Assembly (NCBI GenBank): GCA_025594325.1 | Contig: JANHCV010000011.1 | Span: forward strand, 744,001-808,000 | Reading direction: 5' to 3' | Length of the DNA: 64,000 nt | DNA from: Blastocladiella emersonii ATCC 22665 | Lineage: Eukaryota > Fungi > Blastocladiomycota | Shown: positions 55,552 through 64,000 of the stretch, in pieces | How positions within the stretch are numbered: position 1 is the stretch's first letter | Layout: every line of letters starts with the position of its first letter | The notes under the pieces: generated by a model | The model's database searches: none | Told to the model about the DNA's origin: nothing | What the model saw: the letters and a program-made list of their open reading frames with translations, nothing else | Position numbers and translations under genes: made by a program

Positions 55552-56535
55552 CTAGGAACAATCAAAGGGAAGCGCGGACTCACGCCACCAGTTGAGAACG
55601 TTGACGTGCCCCCGCGCCCTTGCGCGATTAACAACGACCGACGGCGTGTACTTGAGCTCGAGACCCGACTGCTTCCACCACTCGAGCACGGCCGCGTGAC
55701 CATTTTCGCTCGCCTTGTTCATGGCGGCCCGCGTGTAGGAAAACAGAACCCCGGACTTGTGCCACCACTCGAGCACCTTAACGTGTCCTTGTTCGCTGGC
55801 CTCGTCCATGACAAGCCAAGGCGAGTACTTGCGCTCCAAACCAGCTTGTTTCCAAAAATCAAGAACAGCGACGTGACCACGCGCGCTCGCCTCGTCCATG
55901 GCCGTTTCCGTATACTTGAGCGTGCGACCGGAGCTGTGCCAGATCTCCAGAACGCGAACGTGGCCGTTGGAACTGGCGAGGTCCAGGGCCTTGGTCGAGT
56001 ATCGCACATTGAGGCCGCTCGAGGCCCACCACCGCAAGAGCGCGAGGTCGGACGATGCACTTGCTTTGTCAAGATCGATCATTGAAACGATAAACTCGGC
56101 GTACCCGCCATGCGAGAGCCACCACGAGAGCACCTTGAACTGTCGCTTGCGGTAAGCCCACACGATGGCATTGTGCGGCGTGGGAAGCTCGAGGCCCGAC
56201 TTGACAAACCAATCGAGAACGTGAACATGGCCGAGTTCGCACGCGTACTCGACAGCAGACGCCGAGTAGACGAACGGAAGCCCGGAGTCGCGATAGAGCT
56301 GAAGCACGTCGGTCCGTCCAGAGCGTGCGGCCCAGTCAGGCTGGCAGCTGGGGAGCCGGCGAAGGACTTGACGAACGAGCGGGCTGAGCGTCTTCCGCCG
56401 GCTGCTCGGAAGGACGCGCAGGAGGGCCTTGAGGTCCTGCGGCTGCTGGCCGCGGAGTCGCGCAGTTTCCGTGAGAATGATCTCGATGACCTCGAGCGGA
56501 AGCCGAGGGAGACGAGAGTTTGTGGAGCGATCCAT
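55552..56535 (-). CDS. F-box-like plus degenerate ankyrin-repeat protein, paralogue 1
   Basis: LPRLPLEVIEIIL, followed by ~35-aa repeats of the form AMDxASxxGHVxVLxWWxxSGLxLKY. Intronless. Confidence 0.75.
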   Translation of the reverse strand: MDRSTNSRLPRLPLEVIEIILTETARLRGQQPQDLKALLRVLPSSRRKTLSPLVRQVLRRLPSCQPDWAARSGRTDVLQLYRDSGLPFVYSASAVEYACELGHVHVLDWFVKSGLELPTPHNAIVWAYRKRQFKVLSWWLSHGGYAEFIVSMIDLDKASASSDLALLRWWASSGLNVRYSTKALDLASSNGHVRVLEIWHSSGRTLKYTETAMDEASARGHVAVLDFWKQAGLERKYSPWLVMDEASEQGHVKVLEWWHKSGVLFSYTRAAMNKASENGHAAVLEWWKQSGLELKYTPSVVVNRARARGHVNVLNWWRESALPFDCS

Positions 56536-56881
56536 GGTTGTAAATGCTTGATTTGGCGCGAGGCAGGCCAAAACTAACGCGGGGTGAAGCCCTAATTTAA
56601 ACGACGGGGCCATGTTTACTAGTCCAACTTTTACTGTTCACGGCGCATGTGCGATGAACGGCAGTCTTTCTCCCAACGTGGCTAACACTTTCAGCGGCGT
56701 TACTTTGAATGCCGTGGTGCATCATGTTCCGGGATGCGTGGCAGGTCGAGTCGCAACACGTGACGCTGGCCATCGAGACGTTTGACGCGTCGACGCGTTT
56801 TTATAATGAGCAGTTTGGGAATAGCCGTTGAAATTTTCCCAACGAAAAGGAACCAGTTTATTAAAATTCTCGCTCAGAGCA

Positions 56882-58021
56882 TTATGTACAGAGACATTGC
56901 TTTCCAGCGTCAAGGCCCTTGAGCCACGTCTGAACGGAGCGGTTAGTTGAGCGCCGAACTTTGTCAGAGATAAGAAGTTGGAGCTGCGAGCTTGACCACC
57001 AATCAAACACGGCCACATGGCTGTTGCGCACAGCGCCATCGATAGCTGCCTTGGTGTACTTGAGCGGGAACCCGGATTGAAGCCACCAGTCCAGGACCTG
57101 AACGGGTCCTGAGGCACTAGCGCGGTCCACGGCTGCCTCCGTGTACTTGAGCTCGTAGGCGGAACGGTGTTGGTGCCACCACTCCAATGCTGCAATCTGC
57201 CCGAACTCGCTTGCGCGATCCACTGCGGCAGCCGAGTACAGAAATTCCAGGCCCGACGCGGCCCACCATTCGAGGGTTGGGAGGTGCCCGCGCGAGCTAG
57301 CTCGATCTAGTGCGCTGGCCGTGAACTTGATCTCGAGTCCCGACTTGACCCACCAGTCCAATACATCGACACGGTTCTCGGTGCTCGCCATGACCATGGC
57401 CGCGGCCGTGTACCGGACCTCGCGGCCAGAGTTACGCCAAAAATCAAGTACGTGAAGGTGACCACGCATGCTTGATCGGTCCATGGCATTGCTTGTGTAG
57501 GCCAGCCCAATGTCGCGTGCTACCCACCATTGCAGGAGTTTAAGGTCCCCTGACTCGCTCGCGGAATCAAGCAAGTGATCGAAAAAGGCGGTGTACTCGC
57601 CTCGTGCGTGCCACCATTCGAGGACGTGGTACTGTTGATTTCTGTATGCCGACTCGACTGCAAACTGCGAATGTTTGAGCTCTAGGCCGGAGGCAGCGAA
57701 CCACTGGAGCACGTGGAGGTGCCCAGCATGGCTGGCGCCATCCATGGCCCCACTTGAGTAGTAGAAGGGGATCCCCGACACGAGGTAAGCGTCAAGGATC
57801 TCGACATATCCTTTGCGCGCGACGTGGGTGACCTGGCATTCGGGCTTAAGGACGACGATGCGAGCGAGCGTTCTGGAGGAGCTTGCGCCACGAGGAAGTA
57901 CTTGAAGAAGGGCCCGCAGCTTGTGCAGGTCTTGTCCGGGAAAGCGAGCTGTTTCAATCAGAATCAGCTCGATGACCTCGTAAGGCAATTGCGGCAAGTT
58001 GTTGGTTTCATGAAGCTTCAT
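56882..58021 (-). CDS. F-box-like plus degenerate ankyrin-repeat protein, paralogue 2
   Basis: LPQLPYEVIELIL, followed by the same WW-type repeats. Tandem with paralogue 1 and intronless. Confidence 0.75.
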   Translation of the reverse strand: MKLHETNNLPQLPYEVIELILIETARFPGQDLHKLRALLQVLPRGASSSRTLARIVVLKPECQVTHVARKGYVEILDAYLVSGIPFYYSSGAMDGASHAGHLHVLQWFAASGLELKHSQFAVESAYRNQQYHVLEWWHARGEYTAFFDHLLDSASESGDLKLLQWWVARDIGLAYTSNAMDRSSMRGHLHVLDFWRNSGREVRYTAAAMVMASTENRVDVLDWWVKSGLEIKFTASALDRASSRGHLPTLEWWAASGLEFLYSAAAVDRASEFGQIAALEWWHQHRSAYELKYTEAAVDRASASGPVQVLDWWLQSGFPLKYTKAAIDGAVRNSHVAVFDWWSSSQLQLLISDKVRRSTNRSVQTWLKGLDAGKQCLCT

Positions 58022-58599
58022 TGCAGGTAGTACGGTACGCTCGAGAGAAGCCAGCACACAGGTCTTTCGCTTGGCGACTCGTCAAGGCGAACCTGGTGAG
58101 TGCGACGCCACACTGCCCACCCCATCACATGATGCTTGACGCGAGGAGCTCGGGCTGCGCCGCAACGGTCGAGTTGCCGTGCTCAGGAACAATCCACAAG
58201 ATATGTTGCAGCCTAATAGGACCCCGCTCCTTACAAAAATCCGGGAGCAACTCGCTTGCATCTGCGCGTGGCGTACACCATTCCCAGCTCTGGTCCTGCG
58301 GGTCTCCCGTGGCAAGAATACTTGATAACCGCTTCGTTTTGAGTCTTGCATGGAAGGCTCCAACTATTTCTTTATGCTGTCAACTAGGAAGTTGGGGACA
58401 GCGGGCTGAGCGTGGTGATCGAAGGAGTGATCGGGCGAGCTGCCACCCCTGTCGGCGGCACGCGCCGCCACGATCCGCTTTCAATTTACCATCGGCCGTG
58501 GTGCTGTGCCGCGGCGGCGGCGGCGGCCGCGCGATCGTAAACGCCGACGCGCTGCCCCACCCTCGCAGCGCAAGGGTCCCACTCCCCGCAACGTATCCC

Positions 58600-59127
58600 A
58601 TGTCTTCTCTGCTCCGCGCCTCGGGCGCCGCCCGCCGCACCGCCGCCGCCGCTTCTGCCGTCGCGCGCCGCGCGGCGTCGACGGCGATTCCCAAGATCGA
58701 CACGGCGACGATCCCCAAGTCGCGGTTCGACAACGACCCGTCGGACCCGCAGTACTACGGCGTGATGAAGGAGTCGGGCTTCGACCCGCTGGTCGGCGAC
58801 TACCCGCTGCTCAAGTGGGAGGGCGCGCAGCAGCGGTCGGCGTACGACCCGTACTGGGACCCGATTGACCGCCGCCAGTTCGGCGAGACGCTGCACCACG
58901 AGGACGAGCTGCTGTCGGCCATGGCGCCCGACGTGCACACGTACCCGACGGGCAAGGCCGCGCTCCAGCTCGCCTCCTTCTTCGTCGCCGCCTTCGGCCT
59001 GTTCCAGCTCGCCAACTGGTACACGCCCAAGTACCACCCGAACCTCGCCGCCTCGCGCGACTACTCGTTCCCCGACTTTGAGGGCAACCGCGAGCTCGAG
59101 GCCGAGGCCGCCGCCGAGTCCGAGTAA
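58600..59127 (+). CDS. NDUFB8: Complex I accessory subunit NDUFB8 (ASHI)-like
   Basis: R/A/S-rich presequence; GDYP...RSAYDPYWDPIDRRQFGETLHHEDELL...PD; then one transmembrane helix. Confidence 0.75.
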   Translation: MSSLLRASGAARRTAAAASAVARRAASTAIPKIDTATIPKSRFDNDPSDPQYYGVMKESGFDPLVGDYPLLKWEGAQQRSAYDPYWDPIDRRQFGETLHHEDELLSAMAPDVHTYPTGKAALQLASFFVAAFGLFQLANWYTPKYHPNLAASRDYSFPDFEGNRELEAEAAAESE

Positions 59128-59242
59128 TGCGTCTCCGCTCCGCTCTGCCCCGTCGTTTGTTCATTGTCATCCCCATCTACCCTACCCTTGTCTCTCCCTC
59201 GCCCTCCCTTGAATATGGAATCGATTTACGCAACGGGCCATG

Positions 59243-62200
59243 TCATTCATCCTCATCCCCTTCCGCCTCATCCTCTTCCTCCATCTCGCGCACCACCTCG
59301 CTCAGGTCGCGGAACGGCGAGAAGATCTTGTCGACGGCGACCCCGACCTTGCGCGCGCTGAGCCGCACGCTCGCTGACCCGGGCGTCGGCGGCACGCTGA
59401 ACACGGTCCGGTGGAGCGGCGTGAGCGGAGCTCCTGCTCCCGCCGCTGCTGCCGCTGTGACCACGGTCAGGCCGCGCTGCGGGGTTCCTGGTGGCGCAGC
59501 TGCGGGTGCTGGCGGCTGCATCTGTTGAGACTGCTGCGACTGCGACTGCGACCCGCGGTACCGCTCGAACAGCTTTCTGAACCCGGGCCGCCCGCGCGCG
59601 TTGAGCGCCACCTTTTCGCCCGCGGGTTTCTGGGACTGGGACTGCGACTGCGCTTGCTGCGGCGGCGGGGGTGGCGCGATCACGGACGGCGGCGACTGGA
59701 CCCTTGGCATCGCCCCCGCTCCCGCCGCCGACGACGACGCGCTCGAGAGCGACGGGACTGACGCGACACGCCCGAAAAGCCGCAAAGCGGGCGGCGCGGC
59801 CGCGGGCGCGCGGTCCGTATCGACGAACGGCGACCCGTCGACCTGCATCGCGCACTGCGCCTCGGGCGGCGTCCCGAGGGCGGCGCCGCGCAAGCGGTTG
59901 CCGAACTGGAGCCCCGTCGCGACGACCTTCTTGCGGCGCAGCTTGGCCGTCGGCGACAGGAGCGGCGGCGCGTGCGGCGCGGTGCCGCCGGGGAACGAGA
60001 ACCGAGAACTCGTCGGCGAGTCCACATCCATTCGGTCCTCGTCGTCGTGGGCCGCGGCGGCGCCAGAGACGGAGCCCTGGCTACTCGACATGGCCATCCA
60101 GTGCGCGCGCTTGGTCGGCGTGACCGCGTCCGACGCGCGGCGTGTCGGGGTCCGGCCGTGGCGGCCAAGCGGCGGGGCGCCGAGGACCACCGTCGTTTCG
60201 CGCGCTGCCGCCGAGGGTGCCGCCGCCGAGGCGGTGGGCACGACGGGCGCGGTGTTGGATCGCGCGAGCGAGCGCGTGGACCGGCCGAAAGCGGACCCCG
60301 TGCGCACGAGCGGGACACCGCCTGCCGCGGCGCCGTCCTGCGAGTGCCGCCCGGCGCGCGCGCCGCTACCGTCGGCGAGTTTAGGGCGGTAGTGCGTGGA
60401 CAGGTTGGGCAGGGAGATCTCGCGCTGCTGGAGGAGCTGGAGGCGCTTGCGGTTGGCGGTGATGACGGGGGCCGCGGGCGCGGCGGGGGCGGGGACGGCA
60501 GGTTTGGCGAGGCGCGGCGAGAACGGGTTTGCCGTGTGCTGCAGGTACGCGCCCAGCTCGCCGCCGTGCTCGCGGTACAGCGACTCGACGAACCGGGTGA
60601 AGTAGTCGTGGTAGCTACACGTTTGAGAAGTCAGCGACCATCGCATCGGCTCGGGGCCAGCGCAGCACACGTACTGGAACAAAAGCGCCTGCTCGATCCA
60701 CAGCTTGAACCGGACCCCCGTATCCATCTTGGCCGCGGCCGCGCCATTGGGCTGCGTGCGCAGCGGGAACACCATATCGGCGTCGACGCACAGGAGCGGG
60801 ATCGCGCGGACGTGACTGCCGACGGCCGCGAGCTCGGGCACGCGCGCGTCCTCGCCGTCGGGGTCCTCGCCTACAGCCCCGGTCAGCACGCGGTCGAGCG
60901 CCACCTCGAGGTGCAGGACGACCTGGACCAGCCGCTCGCGCACGTGGCACTCCTTGAGCCACCGCGCGGGGTGCACCGCGTTGACGTGCGACCGGATCAC
61001 GGCGGCCTCGTCGTCCGAGATGCGGGGCGTCGGGTCGGCGGCGGGTGCGGGAGCGGCGGATGAGAGCTTGGACCCGCCCTTGAGCTTGCTGGAAAACGAC
61101 GAGGAGCGCGACAACGACGCGAGCCGGCGGCTCGGCATCGCGAGCTTGGTGAGGGCCGCCGTCTGGGTCGCGGACATGCCATCACCCGCCTCCCCCGCTC
61201 CCGCCGCTGGCGGCGCAGTCGGCACGAGCCCGAGATGCTCATTGACGACAGCCGGGACCGCCTTGCGGTACCGCGCCTTGACCTTATCGGACTTGAGTAG
61301 CATCGGCGCGAGCGCGGCCGCGAGGGTGCGACTCCCCGGGATCTCGGCGGCGTGCTCGCGCAGGGCGAGCAAGCGGTCGAACAGGCTGGTGAAGGGCGAC
61401 CACGCGGGCGAGTAGACCAGGTCCCAGTACAGCCGCTGCAGGTGCCGGCAGAAATCGTCCCACGTCGCGGCACCGAGCGCGGCCGCCGTGTGCGGCGACG
61501 TGCCCGTGCCGAGCGCAGTCGCGGCGGCGCGCCGGCGCGGGGTATCGGGGACAGCCGAGGTCGGGGTGGAAGACGGTCGTGCAGGCGCGAGAGACTCCTC
61601 GGCGTCCTCGAAAAAGTCAAAGTCGAGCGTCGCGAGCGCGTCGGACGTCGGGAACGCAGGTGGCGCGTCGTCGTACGCCTCGAGCGCGTGCGGGTTGGGC
61701 AGCGGGTGCGCGGCGACGCGGTCGGTGCACATCTCATCGGTGAGACACTCGGCGAGCGGGATCCACGGGGCGGCGCCGATTTCGGAGAGTCCCGCCGACA
61801 GGACGCTGAATGCCGCGAGCCCGTCAGTGAGCAGCACGAGGAGGGCGCGGGAGCCGTCTCCTTCCATGGCGAGCGCAATGGCCCATCCGCGGTCGAGCAC
61901 GGCGACGAGGCCGGCGGGGAGCGCGGATACGCTGACGAGCAGCTGGCACGCGACAGACCACCCGTCGTCGTCGGCGAGGAGCGAGGTCGACGGGGCCGCG
62001 GCGAGCGGGCGCCACGGACCGCGCGGGAACGAGATGGCGTGGACGGGCGTGCACGGCACAGCGACGACGGTTTCGCTGGCCGAGGACGAGTGGAGGTGGA
62101 TCACGACAGCCGCCGGCGCGGCCTGCCGCCCGACCGCGTCGAGCTCGGCGCGCAGGGTCGGCGCGTGGACCGCGGCCGGGAACATACCGCCGAGGGAGAT

Positions 62201-63023
62201 CTCAAGCGGGACCTGCAGGTCGGCCTCGTCGGTCGCGACCAGGGCGCCGCCCATGCACCGGAACAGGCGGTGCAGGGCATCGCGGTCCGCGTCGGCGGGC
62301 AGCCGTCCCGGGTGGATCCAAGAGAGCCCCGTGTTGTTCCCGAGCAGCGACGACCAGACGAGTCCGTCAGCAAGCGACTGCGCGACGTCGCCAAGCCCGC
62401 CCCCACCGGCTTCCGCCGAGCCCAGAAACTCGCGGGCCGCGGCCTCCGACGTCGGAAACTTGCCGACGACGAGCACGTACTGGCGCAGGCGGACGGTCCC
62501 GCGCAGCTTATCCTGCGGCGCGCGCGCGGGCGACACGGTGCCCGGGTGCGCGTTGCCGAGGGTCACGGTCTGGCCGAGCACGGCACCGAGCCACCGCAGC
62601 GTGTCGGCGAGGTCGGCGAAGGACGAGCGGGGCGCGCCCCACGCGGGGACGGCGCGGCGTGGCAAGGCCTGGTCGATGGCGTCGATGCAGTCGAGGACGA
62701 ACGCCGACGAGACGGGTTGCAGCGTCGGCACGATCCGCGATGACGAGTTGAGGACATGCAGGCCGCTACACGGGAGGTGGGACGGGCGTGAATTCGGACG
62801 CGGTGCCGCGGATCGGCGACGCGTACCACTGCGCCTTGGGCGTCAGGCGGGCGTGCACAAATGCGAGGATGTGCTCGAGGACGTGGCGCAGCGAGTCGAG
62901 GGCCGCGGCGAGGTCCGGGTGGTCCGCGAACGCCGACGGGTCGACCACGACGAGCACGCTGGCGGCGGCGCGCGCGGCCGGCAACGTCACCGCTGCTGGC
63001 GGTGGTGGTGGGGGTGCATTCAT
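59243..63023 (-). CDS. Large protein with an Sld3/Treslin-like core and S/T-P-rich tail, spliced
   Basis: WLKECHVRERLVQVVLHLEVAL resembles the Sld3 Cdc45-binding signature, followed by YFTRFVESLY and many TP/SP sites. Exon structure is approximate. Confidence 0.5.
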
Positions 63024-63216
63024 GAGCTTTTCGTTGCGGTTTGCTGGTGCGTCGTGGGAGGGAGGCGGGGCGGACGCCGCGACGAGCGACGCGACGACCG
63101 GGCCCGTCTGAGGATCATCACGTGGGCCGACCTCGCGCTTGCCCTGTGAGTCAGGGCGGGTCGCTCGTCCTCCCCTCCCATCGTTTGAGGGCCGCATTGG
63201 AGGTCGACTACACACC

Positions 63217-63890
63217 ATGCAACGGAGATCGCACCGCTCGAGGCACCCGTCGCGGTCGGCCTCGCCGCTCGACCCGCCAACGCTCGTCGCTGACGCTGCT
63301 GCGACCGTTACTGAGCCACCGGCGCCTGCCGCTGCTGCGCCACCAGCACCCGTGGTTGCTGCTGAGCCACCCTTAGTGCCCGGAACGGCAACCGGGGTTG
63401 GACACGGCGTGGAAGGGCCGGCCGGCGACGAGTTGTCCGAGCTGGACCTGTACGAGGGACTCGAGGCTTTGGCGCTCAGTGACCCGTTTGCCGAGAGCAA
63501 CCGGGTGTATCAGGATCGTATACGTGAGCTTGCAGAGGTGGGTACTGAGGCGAGTCTGAGAGCGAGCGGGTCGCGACGCTGACGTTTGGGTTGTAGGAGA
63601 ACAGGCGGCTCGGCGAGGAGAACCGACGACTGCGCAAGGCGTTCCAAGTCGCCAAAGCACAGGTACGACTGCTACTAGTCCGCATTGAACGAGATATCTC
63701 ACACAGCCGACCGGTAGACGGAAGACCTGCGCCGCGAGAACAAGGTGCTTGCGACCAACCTGTGCTCGCTGTACCAGACGGCCAAGCACGAGATTGCCCG
63801 GAGGTCTGCTTCTTGATTCCAATACATTCGCTTCACTCGCACCCCAGAGCAGCGAGGATCAATGCCTGCGAGAGGAGACATAACGCAAAA
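63217..63890 (+). CDS. Small coiled-coil protein, spliced; 3' end unresolved
   Basis: Exons read ...DRIRELAE / ENRRLGEENRRLRKAFQVAKAQ / VEDLRRENKVLATNLCSLYQTAKHEIARR, with GT-AG introns. Confidence 0.5.
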
Positions 63891-64000
63891 CGCGTCGAAA
63901 CGCGTCCGTGTCTCCCCACTCCTGATCTCACGTGCCTGGCGCGACGCGTCTGTCTCGCATCCCGCGGACGCGACTCGCGCCTGCTCCGGTCCCCGGTCCC

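Noticed and set aside
1-64000. tRNA, rRNA or other structured ncRNA genes
   Set aside because: None recognisable by eye; a tRNAscan-SE or Infernal run would be needed to exclude them.

Overview
GC-rich, intron-containing eukaryotic DNA. Gene content and short GT-AG introns suggest a zoosporic, early-diverging fungus such as a blastocladiomycete; this is inferred, not proven. About 1-31 kb is mobile DNA. The main feature is an apparently complete 15,269-bp endogenous Polinton-like virus (11981-27249). It has 1,071-bp terminal inverted repeats (TIRs), TG...CA ends and a 5-bp CATAC target-site duplication (TSD). It encodes major and minor capsids, a packaging ATPase, a fibre, an rve integrase, a tyrosine recombinase and a TVpol-SF3 primase/helicase; it has no pPolB and no protease. 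Each end is a perfect 26-bp palindrome, which suggests a hairpin-ended genome. A fixed-spacing motif, TT(G/C)TTG-N8-TAA, precedes most of its genes. The virus sits in the subterminal repeats of a hAT transposon. Nearby are a GTPase gene, a 26-bp minisatellite, a DIRS-type recombinase and LINE-like debris. From 31.5 to 64 kb are mostly host genes: PAQR, Cdc16-like, NEK6/7, Kid-like kinesin, FAM72, TBC, PWP2, SET, NDUFB8 and Sld3-like. An accessory patch at 50-58 kb holds an aegerolysin, an intact-looking PIF/Harbinger transposon and two F-box/ankyrin-like paralogues. All protein calls come from motif recognition by eye; no database searches were run, and exon boundaries are approximate.
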